Assembly (NCBI GenBank): GCA_040387535.1
Contig: JAZKDM010000007.1
Span: 32,956 to 85,803 of the forward strand
DNA length: 52,848 bases
Direction: 5' to 3'
Origin: Pseudomonadota bacterium
GTDB taxonomy: Bacteria; Pseudomonadota; Gammaproteobacteria; Burkholderiales; Methylophilaceae
Part shown: one piece after another, positions 7,443 through 19,301 of the stretch
Numbering within the stretch: the first letter of the stretch is position 1
Layout of the letters: every line of letters begins with the position of its first letter
Position numbers and translations under genes: made by a program
Notes under the pieces: model-generated
What the model saw: only the letters and a program-made list of their open reading frames with translations
Told to the model about the DNA's origin: nothing
Database searches by the model: none

Positions 7443-10133
7443 TTACTTTTGTGTTTCCACCATTACTAAAGGCGCTTCATCTGATTGTGATTCAGCTGTT
7501 TTTTTCCAGTTTGGTGCTTTACGCGGTGCTTTTGGTTTTGCTGGTTCATCTGCAGGCGCTGCTACTTTTGCATCACCTTTAGTTTCGACCAATTGCAAAC
7601 CGCCTTGGCTTAAATCGGCACCTAAATCAGCCGCTTTAGCAGGTTTGCGCGCTGGTTTTTTGGCTGCTTTTGGTTTGGCTGGTTTTTCAGCTTCAGCTTG
7701 CACAGCAGTTTCATCAGCAACCACTTTTTTAGTGCTAACCATTTCAATATTAGCATCTACTGCAATGGGTTTTTGCGCTTTTGGTTTAGCTGGTCTTTGC
7801 GCTTTTTCTGCTTTTACTGGCGTTTCCATTACTTTAGTTTCTTTTGCAGGCGTTTCTTTAACTTCGTTTGATACGCTTGGCGCAACTGCTTCTACTTTCA
7901 CTACAATCGGCGTTGTATCTGTAACCGCATCATTGGGCACAAATGCTGGCACTACTGCATTTGGGTCACGTGGTTCGCGGCCTTCTTCACGGTTGGCATC
8001 ACGATTTTTATTGCGATTGCGACCACCGCGACTACGGCGACCAGTGCGCTCTGGACGTGGTGTCTGATTAGTATCGCCAGCCCCTTCATTTGGCAAACCA
8101 ACGGCTACCGCTGTAGATTCAACTTTTTCAATCACCTCTGCACGCGCTTCAGTCTTAACCTCAATATTTCTATTGTCGGTTCGATCTTGACGTTGTGGAC
8201 GCTCTTGACGCTCTGGTCTAGGTTGTTGTGGTTTTGCTTGCTGCTGCTGCGCTTTATCATTATTAGCCACGTTGCTAGCAACATTATTGCGATCACGATT
8301 ATTGGCATTACGGTCACGATTACGGTTACGATCACGGTCGCGATTATTGTTGCGATTGCGGTCGTTATTGTTGCGACCATTTTCACGCGTAGCGGTATCG
8401 GCTGATTTTTCTACAACTTCAGCTTCCGTTTTGCCACCAAACCATTTTTTAATGCGGCCTAGTAGCGATATTTTAGCTACTGGTGTTGGCGCAGCCACTT
8501 CTGCTTTCTGCTCTACCAAAGGCGCAGATGTGGCTGTTTTAATGCCTTTAACTAGGGCTTCTGGCGCTTTAGGTTTTGCATCTTCATTTAAACCGCGCTC
8601 GTAGGCTGTTTCGGCTGGCATTTCAACCATTTTGTAGCTGGCTTGCGATGTTTCTTCAGTCACGTCATCTTGCTTGATACGCGTGATGCTGTAATTAGGT
8701 GTTTCCATATGCACGTTAGGAATCAACACCACTTCAACACCCATGCGTTGCTCAATTTTGTGAATATCCGCACGTTTTTCGTTTAATAAGAATGTCGCCG
8801 CTTCAACTGGCAATTGCACTTGAATAATAGCGCTATTGTCTTTCATCGCTTCTTCTTGCGTAATACGCAAGATGTGTAGGGCGGTTGATTCGATACCACG
8901 AATATGGCCTGTGCCGCTACAACGTGGGCAAGCGGCATGATTGGTTTCACCTAAGCTTGGGCGTAAACGTTGGCGTGAAAGCTCTAACAAACCAAAGCGT
9001 GAAATTTTGCCAGTTTGTACGCGTGCACGATCAGCATGCAGCGCATCACGTAACGTGTTTTCTACTTCGCGTTGGTTGCGTTGGCTTTCCATGTCAATAA
9101 AGTCAATTACCACCAAACCGCCAAGGTCGCGCAAGCGCAATTGGCGCGCTACTTCTTCGGCTGCTTCTAGGTTTGTATTAAATGCGGTTTGTTCAATATC
9201 GGCGCCCTTAATTGAACGACCAGAGTTAACGTCTACTGAAACTAATGCTTCAGTATGGTCAATCACAATCGCGCCACCAGAGGGCAGGCGTACTTCACGT
9301 GAAAACGCCGATTCAATTTGATGCTCAATTTGAAAACGTGAGAACAGTGGAATTTCGTCTTGATACAACTTAACGCGGGCCACATTGCCTGGCATCACGT
9401 GGTTCATAAACTGTACGGCTTGCTCATGCACATCTGGCGTATCGATTAAAATCTCACCAATATCGGCACTAAAGTAATCGCGAATCGCGCGAATCACCAA
9501 ACTGCCTTCTTGGTAGATTAAAAAAGCGCCAGGTTGAATGTGCGATGCTTCTTCAACTGCTGTCCATAATTGCGTTAAGTAGTTTAAATCCCACTGCAAT
9601 TCTTCAGCATTACGGCCAATACCAGCAGTACGCGCAATAATACTCATGCCGTTTGGCACTTCTAATTGCGCCATTACATCACGTAGTTCGTTGCGATCTT
9701 CGCCTTCAATACGGCGTGAAACACCGCCGCCACGTGGATTGTTTGGCATCAATACTAGGTAACGGCCAGCCAGTGAGATATAAGTAGTTAAAGCAGCGCC
9801 TTTGTTACCACGCTCATCTTTATCCACTTGAACGATTAGTTCTTGACCTTCTTTAATCACGTCTTGAATACGTGTTTTGCCACCTTCAGATTTCTCTGAA
9901 TAGTAGCTACGTGAAATTTCTTTAAATGGTAAAAAGCCGTGACGCTCCATGCCGTAATCGACAAAAGCGGCTTCTAAGGATGGTTCTACACGGGTAATAA
10001 CGCCTTTGTAAATATTACTTTTGCGTTGCTCTTTACCAGCGTGTTCTATATCTAAATCGACAAGTTTTTGCCCGTCTACGATCGCAACGCGTAATTCTTC
10101 GGATTGCGTTGCATTAAATAACATGCGTTTCAT
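7443..10133 (-). CDS. rne: Ribonuclease E
   Basis: [25 protein letters not shown]1 domain, [19 protein letters not shown] Zn link, amphipathic [12 protein letters not shown], disordered C-terminal scaffold. Confidence 0.97.
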   Translation of the reverse strand: MKRMLFNATQSEELRVAIVDGQKLVDLDIEHAGKEQRKSNIYKGVITRVEPSLEAAFVDYGMERHGFLPFKEISRSYYSEKSEGGKTRIQDVIKEGQELIVQVDKDERGNKGAALTTYISLAGRYLVLMPNNPRGGGVSRRIEGEDRNELRDVMAQLEVPNGMSIIARTAGIGRNAEELQWDLNYLTQLWTAVEEASHIQPGAFLIYQEGSLVIRAIRDYFSADIGEILIDTPDVHEQAVQFMNHVMPGNVARVKLYQDEIPLFSRFQIEHQIESAFSREVRLPSGGAIVIDHTEALVSVDVNSGRSIKGADIEQTAFNTNLEAAEEVARQLRLRDLGGLVVIDFIDMESQRNQREVENTLRDALHADRARVQTGKISRFGLLELSRQRLRPSLGETNHAACPRCSGTGHIRGIESTALHILRITQEEAMKDNSAIIQVQLPVEAATFLLNEKRADIHKIEQRMGVEVVLIPNVHMETPNYSITRIKQDDVTEETSQASYKMVEMPAETAYERGLNEDAKPKAPEALVKGIKTATSAPLVEQKAEVAAPTPVAKISLLGRIKKWFGGKTEAEVVEKSADTATRENGRNNNDRNRNNNRDRDRNRNRDRNANNRDRNNVASNVANNDKAQQQQAKPQQPRPERQERPQRQDRTDNRNIEVKTEARAEVIEKVESTAVAVGLPNEGAGDTNQTPRPERTGRRSRGGRNRNKNRDANREEGREPRDPNAVVPAFVPNDAVTDTTPIVVKVEAVAPSVSNEVKETPAKETKVMETPVKAEKAQRPAKPKAQKPIAVDANIEMVSTKKVVADETAVQAEAEKPAKPKAAKKPARKPAKAADLGADLSQGGLQLVETKGDAKVAAPADEPAKPKAPRKAPNWKKTAESQSDEAPLVMVETQK

Positions 10134-10727
10134 TGATTGCTCCCGCGCTCAGAGCAATGCAGACAGTGTTTACTTGGATAAAATTAGCTAAAGTATTGAA
10201 TTAAAAGGGATGTAGATGTAATGCGCATCATATACTTATATAGACAAGTCTATATAGTTGTGCGCTAAATTAAGCATGTGTGGGCATTTTCGCAGCGTCT
10301 GGCTGCGGTTATTAACCTAACGCTGATCGCGTTTTTTCATTGCTTATGTTTCTGTTAAGAAATAATTTTTCTGCAATGAATGGATTAATGCTGAATGCAC
10401 TTGCATCTTAAAACTTAGTATCTTTATATTGATGCCAAACCTTTTGTGTTTGGTTTGACATAAATCCGTTAAAATTCGGTCTTCAGTAACTTTAGTCGCG
10501 TTTATATTATTTGTCTGCGGCGGCTAGAGCGCAATTGTTTTATCGCTACTTACAAATATGGCGAGCGGTATTAGCCAAAATATTGTTCATATACTATAAG
10601 TTAAAAATAAATATTTTTTAATCGATATACTATATGGTCGTTTGTTGTATAAAAAGCTAAATAAGCCTATTAAATTCAACAACATCAGTAGTATAGGCGT
10701 AATCCCTTTTTTAAGCAAAAATTAAAC
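10134..10727 (-). promoter_or_regulatory. Long rne leader and divergent rne-rluC promoter region with hairpins
   Basis: 594-bp non-coding gap; inverted repeats TATATAGAC-AA-GTCTATATA (10237-10256) and CGCAGC-GTCTG-GCTGCG (10291-10307). Long structured rne 5' UTRs are known in proteobacteria. Confidence 0.55.
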
Positions 10728-11771
10728 ATGCAAATAGAGCAAAATAATCCACTTGATAATCAAATGGATAAACAATCCGAAAACCAAATTGGCGCACATG
10801 CGGCGGCCAATGTCACCGTTGATGAAGCATCAGAAGGCCAGCGCATTGATAATTTTTTAACTAAAATTCTCAAAGGCGTGCCCAAAAGCCATGTGTATCG
10901 CATTTTGCGCAGCGGTGAAGTGCGGGTGAATAAAGGCCGAATCGATGCCTCTTACAAGTTGCTCATTGGTGACATTGTGCGTGTGCCGCCGATTCGTGTG
11001 GCAGCCAATGATAAAGAAAAGTTTGATAATCAAAAGCTTAGTCAGCCAGCCACATCGGTATTAGAAAGTACGATTATTTTTGAGGACGATGCGCTACTGA
11101 TTATTGACAAGCCTGCTGGCTTTGCGGTGCATGGTGGTAGCGGGGTAAGCCGCGGCGTGATTGAGCAATTGCGTATGGAACGACCTAAAGCCAAGTTTTT
11201 AGAGTTGGTGCATAGACTGGATAGAGAAACATCTGGTGTATTAATGCTGGCAAAAAAACGTGTGGCCTTGGTGGCTTTGCATGAAATGATTCGCAACAAT
11301 CAAACCGATAAGCGTTATTTGATGCTGGTTGCAGGCGAGTGGACTGAAAAGAAAAAACGTGTGGCGCTGGATTTACAGAAATATGTACTGCCAAATGGTG
11401 AGCGCCGTGTAAATGTGGTGACAGATAAATCAAAAGATAAATACGATCAAGCGCAGCACTCTGAAACCATCTTTTATTTAAAACAAGCCTTTGCTGGCTT
11501 TAGCTTGCTAGAAGCTCAATTGATTACTGGCCGCACGCATCAGTTGCGCGTGCAGTTGGCGCATTTGGGCTTTCCTATTGTGGGTGATGACAAATACGGA
11601 GATTTTGCAAACAATAAAGCTTTGCAGAAAAAAGGCTTAAAACGCATGTTTTTACATTCTGCTGAAACAAATTTGCGCCATCCTATTTCTGCCGAAAAGT
11701 TAAAACTGGTGGCGCCATTGCCGCAAGAGTTACAAAAATTTATGAATAGTTTGAATAAGTTAGAGAGTTAA
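10728..11771 (+). CDS. rluC: 23S rRNA pseudouridine synthase RluC
   Basis: S4 domain GQRIDNFL...RILRSGEVRVN, HRLDRETSG, TGRTHQLRV; divergent from rne as usual. Start may be 10763. Confidence 0.92.
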   Translation: MQIEQNNPLDNQMDKQSENQIGAHAAANVTVDEASEGQRIDNFLTKILKGVPKSHVYRILRSGEVRVNKGRIDASYKLLIGDIVRVPPIRVAANDKEKFDNQKLSQPATSVLESTIIFEDDALLIIDKPAGFAVHGGSGVSRGVIEQLRMERPKAKFLELVHRLDRETSGVLMLAKKRVALVALHEMIRNNQTDKRYLMLVAGEWTEKKKRVALDLQKYVLPNGERRVNVVTDKSKDKYDQAQHSETIFYLKQAFAGFSLLEAQLITGRTHQLRVQLAHLGFPIVGDDKYGDFANNKALQKKGLKRMFLHSAETNLRHPISAEKLKLVAPLPQELQKFMNSLNKLES

Positions 11772-11779
11772 GAATAAAA

Positions 11780-12454
11780 ATGTCAGAGATTAGTGGCGTT
11801 AACGTTAGAAATTTTGATTTAATCGTTTGGGATTGGGATGGCACCATAGCCAACTCAACAGGCATGATTACCAATGCCATTGTGAAAGCGGCTGAGCAGG
11901 TTGGCTTGCCAACACTAGACCCAATTGCCGCAAGCAATATTATTGGTTTGGGCTTAAAAGAGTCTATTTATGCGCTTTATGGCGATATTCCCTCTGAAAA
12001 AGCGCAAGCGTTGGCGGCACAATATACCGCCAATTATTATGCAGGCGAAAGCGAAATCCCGCTTTTTGTCGGTGTAAAAGAAACAATTTTAGAATTGAAT
12101 CGCCGCGGATTTAAATTGGCGGTGGCAACAGGCAAGGGTAGGCGTGGACTAAATTTAGCTTTGCAGCATTGCGGCTTAACTAATTATTTTCATGCAACAC
12201 GCACCGTAGATGAGTGTTTTTCTAAGCCACATCCACAAATGTTGGATGAATTAATGGATACACTGGTTGTGACACCAGAGCGCACATTAATGATTGGCGA
12301 CACCAGTTATGATTTGCAAATGGCGCAAAATGCTGGGGTGGCGTCTGTTGGTGTGACGTTTGGCGCACAGACGCAAGACAAATTAGTGCGTTATAATCCT
12401 ATCAAAATATTTAATCAATTTAGTGACTTAAGTACTTGGCTGCTAGACGCTTAA
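11780..12454 (+). CDS. HAD-IA family hydrolase (phosphoglycolate phosphatase-like)
   Basis: WDWDGT, ATGK, SKPHP, MIGDTSYD. Confidence 0.9.
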   Translation: MSEISGVNVRNFDLIVWDWDGTIANSTGMITNAIVKAAEQVGLPTLDPIAASNIIGLGLKESIYALYGDIPSEKAQALAAQYTANYYAGESEIPLFVGVKETILELNRRGFKLAVATGKGRRGLNLALQHCGLTNYFHATRTVDECFSKPHPQMLDELMDTLVVTPERTLMIGDTSYDLQMAQNAGVASVGVTFGAQTQDKLVRYNPIKIFNQFSDLSTWLLDA

Positions 12455-12497
12455 AAACTATCCAATCAAACCATACAACCAAGCCATATAATAAACC

Positions 12498-12860
12498 ATG
12501 CAAAAACACACCATTGTTTTAAATAGCCATGATTTAGTAGAGAAATCACTTGGGCTGCGTTTTGCGTTGCCGCAATTGGGTGAGCTGGCAACTGGTTTTG
12601 TAGTGCGCTATCACGGCAAAGCGCATGCTTATGTGAACAAGTGCGCACATGTGCCTATTGAGCTAGATTGGAACCAAGGCGAATTTTTTACAGTCAATAA
12701 AGATTACTTGATTTGCGCCACACATGGCGCGCATTATGCACCCGATACAGGTTATTGTGTGATGGGTCCCTGCAAAGGAAAAAGCTTGCAAGCTTTACCT
12801 GTTACAGAACAAAATAATCAAATTACGATTCATTTAGAACAAATTAAAAAATATTGGTAA
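12498..12860 (+). CDS. Rieske 2Fe-2S domain protein
   Basis: CAH...CATHGA ligand motifs plus GPC. Confidence 0.9.
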   Translation: MQKHTIVLNSHDLVEKSLGLRFALPQLGELATGFVVRYHGKAHAYVNKCAHVPIELDWNQGEFFTVNKDYLICATHGAHYAPDTGYCVMGPCKGKSLQALPVTEQNNQITIHLEQIKKYW

Positions 12861-12885
12861 GTTTACTTTTAAGAGAGCAATCAGC

Positions 12886-13827
12886 ATGTCAGAAGACAAC
12901 AATTGGCAACAACAAACTATTGAAAAACTCGCTTTGTCGGGCTTGCAAGAGCAAAAATCGGCAAGGCGCTGGAGTATCTTTTTTAAAGTACTGATGTTTA
13001 TATATTTATTCGTGGTGCTGTTTTTGGCGCTAGGTTGGCTGGGCGGCACAAAAGCCGGCACGGGCGAGCATACGGCGCTAATTGAAATTGCTGGCGTGAT
13101 TGAGGCGGGTGGCGATGTGAACGCTGATTCTGTCATCACCAGCTTAAGCGATGCTTACGAAAGTAAAGGCACCAAAGGCATTATTCTGCGCATTAATAGC
13201 CCAGGTGGTAGCCCAGTGCAATCAGGCATCATTTTTGATGAAATTAAACGCCAAAGAAAACTACACCCAAGCATTCCTGTTTACGCGGTGGTAGAAGATA
13301 TTTGCGCATCTGGCGGCTATTATATTGCGGCGGCAGCGGACAAAATTTACGTGGATAAAGCCAGTATTGTGGGCTCAATTGGCGTATTGATGGATGGCTA
13401 CGGCTTTACCGAAGTGATGCAAAAAGTGGGTGTTGAGCGTCGCCTACTAACAGCAGGCGATAACAAAGCCATGCTAGATCCATTTTCTCCTGTGAACCCA
13501 AAACATCAACAACTTGCGCAAGCCATGTTAAATCAAATTCATGAGCAATTTAAAACAGTGGTGCGTCAAGGTCGTGGTAATCGCTTGGTAGAAGATAATG
13601 AAACCTTTAGTGGTTTGTTTTGGAGCGGCGAGCAAAGCATTAAAATTGGTTTGGCTGATGCGCTTGGTAGTGCCGACTATGTTGCACGTGAAGTGATTAA
13701 GCAAGAAGAAATAGTGGATTATTCCTACCAAGATAGCGTGGTAGACCGCTTTGCTAAACGCTTGGGCGCAAGTATGGCGAAATCTGTGGGTATTGATGCG
13801 ATGCTAAAAGGTGTTCAGCTAAGATAA
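12886..13827 (+). CDS. S49 family peptidase (SppA-like)
   Basis: N-terminal TM helix, INSPGGSPV, CASGGYY, VGSIGV. Confidence 0.92.
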   Translation: MSEDNNWQQQTIEKLALSGLQEQKSARRWSIFFKVLMFIYLFVVLFLALGWLGGTKAGTGEHTALIEIAGVIEAGGDVNADSVITSLSDAYESKGTKGIILRINSPGGSPVQSGIIFDEIKRQRKLHPSIPVYAVVEDICASGGYYIAAAADKIYVDKASIVGSIGVLMDGYGFTEVMQKVGVERRLLTAGDNKAMLDPFSPVNPKHQQLAQAMLNQIHEQFKTVVRQGRGNRLVEDNETFSGLFWSGEQSIKIGLADALGSADYVAREVIKQEEIVDYSYQDSVVDRFAKRLGASMAKSVGIDAMLKGVQLR

Positions 13828-13835
13828 GTGGACCA

Positions 13836-13879
13836 GTAGCAATAAAAAAACCGCTTTTAAGCGGTTTTTTTATTGCTAC
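13836..13879. terminator. Bidirectional intrinsic terminator between the S49 gene and pgi
   Basis: Perfect 19-bp arms GTAGCAATAAAAAAACCGC / GCGGTTTTTTTATTGCTAC. Confidence 0.92.
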
Positions 13880-13895
13880 AACTAATCTCTATCTA

Positions 13896-15548
13896 TTAGC
13901 GTAATTGTTTGGTGTGATTAATCAGCCCATTGGTTGAGCTATCGTAATTAGTCACTTTGCCTTCGCTTGTTAGCTGTGGCAAAATTTGCTGTGCGATTTG
14001 TTTACCGTATTCAACGCCCCATTGATCGTAGCTATTAATATCCCACATAATGCCTTGCACAAATATTTTGTGCTCATACAGCGCTATTAATTTACCTAGT
14101 GTATTCGGCGTTAGTTTGTCGAATAAAATAGAGCTAGTAGGGCGGTTGCCTTCAAACACTTTATGTGGCAATAATTTTTCTAATTCATCACCTTTTAAGC
14201 CTTGTTTTTCAAGCTCAACACGCGCTTCCTCTTTGGTTTTGCCTAACATTAACGATTGCGTTTGCGCTAAAAAGTTAGCTAGCAAGATTTTATGATGCGC
14301 ATAGCCGTGTTTGCCGATTGCATAATGGCTATGTACAGGCATTAAAAAGTCAGCAGGAACGATTTGTGTGCCTTGATGGATTAATTGGTAAAACGCATGT
14401 TGGCCGTTGGTGCCAGCTTCGCCCCAAATAACTGGGCCGGTTTTGTATTGCACACGGCTGCCATCGCGGCAGATAAATTTGCCATTACTTTCCATATCCG
14501 CTTGTTGCATATAGGCGGGGAAGCGCGCTAAACCTTGGTCGTACGGCAGAATAGCATTGGTATCGACATGGAAAAAGTTGTTATACCAAACGCCAATCAA
14601 GGCCAAAATCACTGGCATGTTTTGTTCTAAAGGCGCTGTTTTGAAATGGTTATCCATTTCATGCGCACCTTCTAGTAAGGCCTCAAAATTATCCATGCCA
14701 ACGTACAAGGCAATGCTTAAGCCGATGGCAGACCATAATGAGTAACGACCGCCTACCCAATCCCAAAACGCAAACATATTAGCCGTATCAATACCGAAAT
14801 CGGTTACGGCTTTTGCATTGGTGGATAAAGCCACAAAGTGCTTCGCTACATGATTGCTATCTTTTGCTGACTCTAAAAACCATGTACGCGCGCTCATGGC
14901 GTTAGTCATGGTTTCTTGCGTGGTAAATGTTTTAGAAGCCACAATAAACAAAGTGGTTTCAGGTTTGCATTTTTCCAATGCACGCATCAAATGTGCGCCA
15001 TCAATATTTGATACAAAATGAATATTAAGTGCTGGGCTGGCGTATGGCTTTAAGGCATCGCACACCATCACAGGACCTAAATCAGAGCCGCCAATACCAA
15101 TATTCACAATATCGGTAATACGTTTACCAGTAAAGCCTAACCAAGTGCCGTTGCGTACTTTTTCTGAAAACTCACGCATCTGCGCTAACACGGCGTTAAT
15201 GTCTGGCATCACGTCTTTGCCGTCTACCATTACTGGCGTATTGCTGCGATTGCGTAGGGCGGTATGCAATACAGCGCGATTTTCGGTGATATTGATTTTC
15301 TCACCATTAAACATGGCATCACGCCATTGCTCAATTTTCGCTTCACGCGCCATTTGAAATAACAACGGTAAAGTTTCATCTGTAATGCGATGTTTTGAAT
15401 AATCAAACAAGATATCGCCAAAATGTAAGCTGTATTTTTCAAAGCGTTTTGGGTCTGCCGCGAAGAAATCGCGCATGTGCAATGGCGCAATTTCTTTTTG
15501 ATGCGCACACAATTTTTGCCAAGTAGGGAATTGAGTAAGAGTTGTCAT
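13896..15548 (-). CDS. pgi: Glucose-6-phosphate isomerase
   Basis: [38 protein letters not shown]. Confidence 0.97.
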   Translation of the reverse strand: MTTLTQFPTWQKLCAHQKEIAPLHMRDFFAADPKRFEKYSLHFGDILFDYSKHRITDETLPLLFQMAREAKIEQWRDAMFNGEKINITENRAVLHTALRNRSNTPVMVDGKDVMPDINAVLAQMREFSEKVRNGTWLGFTGKRITDIVNIGIGGSDLGPVMVCDALKPYASPALNIHFVSNIDGAHLMRALEKCKPETTLFIVASKTFTTQETMTNAMSARTWFLESAKDSNHVAKHFVALSTNAKAVTDFGIDTANMFAFWDWVGGRYSLWSAIGLSIALYVGMDNFEALLEGAHEMDNHFKTAPLEQNMPVILALIGVWYNNFFHVDTNAILPYDQGLARFPAYMQQADMESNGKFICRDGSRVQYKTGPVIWGEAGTNGQHAFYQLIHQGTQIVPADFLMPVHSHYAIGKHGYAHHKILLANFLAQTQSLMLGKTKEEARVELEKQGLKGDELEKLLPHKVFEGNRPTSSILFDKLTPNTLGKLIALYEHKIFVQGIMWDINSYDQWGVEYGKQIAQQILPQLTSEGKVTNYDSSTNGLINHTKQLR

Positions 15549-15621
15549 TTATTATTTAAAACAGTCGTTTATTAGTTATATTTAATGTTATTTATAAGTT
15601 TAATTTTAAAATATTTCAGTA

Positions 15622-17796
15622 TTATGATTTATGCGTGATGATTAACCCTGCCAACGGCGGCAAGGTAATTAATAATGATTGCGCATGGTTCATCCAAGAA
15701 ATATTTTCTGTTTGCAAACCAGCACCATTACCTTGGTTGCTGCCGCCATAATAGGCCGCATCACTATTAAATATCTCAGCATATTGACCTGCTTTTGGCA
15801 CGCCAATGCGATAATTTTCACGTAACACAGGCGTAAAATTCATCACTATTATAGCAAAAGAATTATCTAGGCCGCGTCTGACGAAGCTAATAATTGATTG
15901 ATCTGAATCGTGGCAATCAATCCAATCAAAACCTTGTACTTCAAAATCTAGATTATGCAAACATTCGAGATGCAGATAGTGCATATTCAAATCGCGTGCG
16001 GTTCGCTGAATACCAACGTGCGCTTCATGCTCTAGCAAATGCCAATCTAAACTTGCATTCACATTCCATTCAATACCTTGTGCGATTTCGTTGCCCATAA
16101 AGTTGAGTTTTTTGCCTGGACTGGTCATTTGCAGCGTCATTAATAGGCGCAAATTGGCAAATTTTTGCCATGAATCGCCCGGCATTTTGCCAATTAAAGA
16201 GCCTTTGCCATGCACCACTTCATCATGTGAAAACGGTAAAACAAAATTTTCGCTATAAGCGTACAGTTGACCAAACGTGAGCATGCTGTGGTGGTATTTA
16301 CGGTGCACAGGCTCGTTTTCAATATAGCTTAGCGTGTCATTCATCCAGCCCATATTCCACTTCATGCTAAAACCCAAGCCACCCAAGTAAATAGGGCGCG
16401 AAACGGCAGGCCATGCGGTGGATTCTTCTGCAATGGTTAATGCGCCAGGGAAATCTTGATGCACCACCATATTGAGTTGTTTTAGAAAATCAATGGCCTC
16501 TAGGTTTTCGCGTCCGCCAAATTTATTGGGCACCCATTCACCCGCTTTGCGTGAATAATCCAAATAAAGCATAGATGCCACGGCATCCACACGTAAGCCA
16601 TCAATGTGAAACTCTTTTAACCAAAAGTAGGCGCTGGCAATTAAGAAATTGCGTACTTCATTGCGTCCGTAGTTGAATATTAATGTGCCCCAGTCTTGGT
16701 GCTCACCAATGCGTGGGTCTTCATGTTCATATAGTGCTGTGCCATCAAAGCGCGCCAGTGCCCAGTCATCTTTAGGAAAATGACCAGGTACCCAATCTAA
16801 AATCACACCAATATTGGCTTGGTGACAGGCATCGATTAAAAATTTCAAATCGTCGGGGGTGCCAAAGCGATTAGTCACACCAAAATAGCCAGTGGTTTGG
16901 TATCCCCAAGATTCGTTTAAAGGGTGCTCTGTAATGGGTAGTAATTCGATGTGCGTGTAACCCATATCGGATACATAGGGCACTAACTCAGCGGCCAGTT
17001 CGCGATAGGTTAATGGCAAGTTGCCATTTTTACGGCGCCATGAGCCAACATGCACCTCATAGCAGTTAAAAGGTGCGTGCAGCCAATCGTTTTTGGCGCG
17101 CTGATTTAACCAGGCGCTGTCTTGCCATTTGTAGTTGCTGTTGGCCGATATTTTAGCGGCTGTGCCTGGGCGCGCTTCAAACTCACGCGCAAAAGGATCT
17201 GTTTTGGTGAGTAGGGCATGCGTCTGACGATTGCGGATTTCAAATTTATATAAGGTTTCTGCGGCTAGATTTGGAATAAACAACTCCCAAACGCCAGTGC
17301 TACCACGCACACGCATAGGGTTAATCCGACCATCCCATTGGTTAAAATTGCCAATCACGCTGACACGCTCAGCATTTGGTGCCCACACCGCAAAGCGCAC
17401 ACCTTGCACGCCTTGATGCTCAACCATATGAGCACCAAAAGTTTTGTATGCTTGATTTAGTGAGCCTTCACCAAATAAATACAATTCGTTATCGGTTAAA
17501 ATTGGATTAAAACTATAGGCATCAATGGTTGCTTGCACTTGCCCATTCGCCTCAACTTGAATTACGCAAGGTGATGCAGGCGCTGTTTTGCCGCGCCACT
17601 CGTATAAACCAGCGGCATGTACACGCTCACACTCAATCCATTTTGTTTTGACTTGTAGGCTCACTTTTTCGGCGTACGGCAGAAAAGTGCGGAACACAAA
17701 CTCAGCGCCTTCTTTATGTAATCCTAAATAAGCAAACGCGTCGTGATGTTTCGCGTCGAGTATCAATTGAAGTTGGTTTTGAGTTGTGCTGGCCAC
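15622..17796 (-). CDS. glgB: 1,4-alpha-glucan branching enzyme
   Basis: FAVWAPNA, YEVHVGSW, GLRVDAVASM, AEESTAW, SHDEVVHGK. Confidence 0.96.
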   Translation of the reverse strand: MASTTQNQLQLILDAKHHDAFAYLGLHKEGAEFVFRTFLPYAEKVSLQVKTKWIECERVHAAGLYEWRGKTAPASPCVIQVEANGQVQATIDAYSFNPILTDNELYLFGEGSLNQAYKTFGAHMVEHQGVQGVRFAVWAPNAERVSVIGNFNQWDGRINPMRVRGSTGVWELFIPNLAAETLYKFEIRNRQTHALLTKTDPFAREFEARPGTAAKISANSNYKWQDSAWLNQRAKNDWLHAPFNCYEVHVGSWRRKNGNLPLTYRELAAELVPYVSDMGYTHIELLPITEHPLNESWGYQTTGYFGVTNRFGTPDDLKFLIDACHQANIGVILDWVPGHFPKDDWALARFDGTALYEHEDPRIGEHQDWGTLIFNYGRNEVRNFLIASAYFWLKEFHIDGLRVDAVASMLYLDYSRKAGEWVPNKFGGRENLEAIDFLKQLNMVVHQDFPGALTIAEESTAWPAVSRPIYLGGLGFSMKWNMGWMNDTLSYIENEPVHRKYHHSMLTFGQLYAYSENFVLPFSHDEVVHGKGSLIGKMPGDSWQKFANLRLLMTLQMTSPGKKLNFMGNEIAQGIEWNVNASLDWHLLEHEAHVGIQRTARDLNMHYLHLECLHNLDFEVQGFDWIDCHDSDQSIISFVRRGLDNSFAIIVMNFTPVLRENYRIGVPKAGQYAEIFNSDAAYYGGSNQGNGAGLQTENISWMNHAQSLLITLPPLAGLIITHKS

Positions 17797-17995
17797 GATA
17801 TAATTTCTTTAAAATCAGTTGAATTAGACTGGATTATAACCCTTATCTAAGCCTATAATTAAATTGTAATTATTTTGTATCATTTTGGTATATTAAATAA
17901 TTATTAAATTAATGTTATTTGCCCAATATGGCTTTTTTTATGGCCTACAAGACAATAATGTTTATTCTTATTGACTAAGTTCAAGGAGGGCAAGC

Positions 17996-19264
17996 ATGGC
18001 ACAAGATGCGAATAGTTCACGGTTTATTAGCACAATGACTAAAAATACGGTTGCGCTAATTTTAGCTGGTGGGCGTGGTAGCCGATTGAAAGACTTAACC
18101 GACAGACGCGCAAAACCTGCGGTTCCATTTGGCGGAAAATTCCGCATTATCGATTTCCCATTATCCAACTGCATTAACTCAGGTATCCGCCGAGTTGGTG
18201 TCATTACACAATATAAATCGCATAGCTTAATCCGCCATATCCAGCGTGGCTGGAGCTTTTTAAACGGCGAGTTTAACGAGTACATTGAGCTGCTACCGGC
18301 ATCGCAACAAAATAATAATGAAGAATGGTACAAAGGTACGGCCGATGCCGTGCACCAAAATGTGGATATTTTGAAATCGAGTGATGCGCAGTACGTGGTT
18401 ATTTTAGCGGGCGATCATATTTACAAAATGGATTACGGCCAGATGTTGGCTACCCACGCCAAAAATAATGCCGATATGACCATTGCTTGCTTGAACGTGC
18501 CATTAGAAGAAGCCAAAGGCTTTGGTGTAATGGCAGTTGATGATGAAGACCGTATTATTGAGTTTGCAGAAAAGCCAGACAAGCCTAAACACATGCCCGG
18601 CGATAAGACGCAAGCCTTAGCCAGTATGGGTATTTATATTTTTAATGCGCAATTTTTGTATGAGCAATTAGCCAGAGATGCGGCCGACCCAAAATCTACT
18701 AAAGATTTTGGTGGCGATATTATTCCTTATTTAATTACGCGCGCTAGAGTTTATGCGCACCGATTTACCGAAAGCTGCGTAGGCGCCAAAAATGGTTTTT
18801 ACTATTGGCGCGATGTTGGCACGGTTGATGCATATTGGGAAGCGAACATGGAATTAACGCGTGTGACGCCTGAGCTTAATATGTATGACAATATCTGGCC
18901 GATTTGGACTTATCAAGAACAAGTGCCACCCGCCAAGTTTGTGTTTAACGACGAAGGCCGAACAGGTAAAGCAACTGATTCCATTGTATCAGGCGGTTGC
19001 TTAATCAGCGGTTCATGCGTTACTAGCTCGGTTTTGTTTTCTAACGTGCGTGTGCACAGTTATTGCGATATTGAAGGCGCCGTGCTGTTGCCAAATGTGG
19101 TGGTAAACCGTCATGCTAAATTGAAAAATGTAGTGGTAGATAAAGGCGTAGAAATTCCAGAAGGTATTGAAATTGGCTTTGATTTAAAAGCCGACAAAAA
19201 ACGCTTTTATGTATCCGAAAAAGGAACCGTGTTGGTGACTAAGCCAATGCTGCTTAAACTTTAA
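17996..19264 (+). CDS. glgC: Glucose-1-phosphate adenylyltransferase
   Basis: [41 protein letters not shown]; AGGAGG RBS. Confidence 0.97.
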   Translation: MAQDANSSRFISTMTKNTVALILAGGRGSRLKDLTDRRAKPAVPFGGKFRIIDFPLSNCINSGIRRVGVITQYKSHSLIRHIQRGWSFLNGEFNEYIELLPASQQNNNEEWYKGTADAVHQNVDILKSSDAQYVVILAGDHIYKMDYGQMLATHAKNNADMTIACLNVPLEEAKGFGVMAVDDEDRIIEFAEKPDKPKHMPGDKTQALASMGIYIFNAQFLYEQLARDAADPKSTKDFGGDIIPYLITRARVYAHRFTESCVGAKNGFYYWRDVGTVDAYWEANMELTRVTPELNMYDNIWPIWTYQEQVPPAKFVFNDEGRTGKATDSIVSGGCLISGSCVTSSVLFSNVRVHSYCDIEGAVLLPNVVVNRHAKLKNVVVDKGVEIPEGIEIGFDLKADKKRFYVSEKGTVLVTKPMLLKL

Positions 19265-19301
19265 CGAAAAAGTTTAAATTATTAAATTGAAATATTGAGA
19301 T

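Noticed and set aside
8283-8387. CRISPR-like or tandem repeat array
   Set aside because: Degenerate 6-bp coding repeats inside rne, with no repeat-spacer structure and no cas genes.
7426-9321. Antisense and alternate-frame ORFs over rne (e.g. 7426-8067, 8272-8604, 8941-9321)
   Set aside because: Shadows of biased, low-complexity rne codons with no independent motifs. The same applies to the other short overlapping ORFs in the track.
10237-10256. NemR-like site TAGAC-AA-GTCTA in the rne leader
   Set aside because: Spacer is 2 bp rather than 5; better explained as an RNA hairpin.
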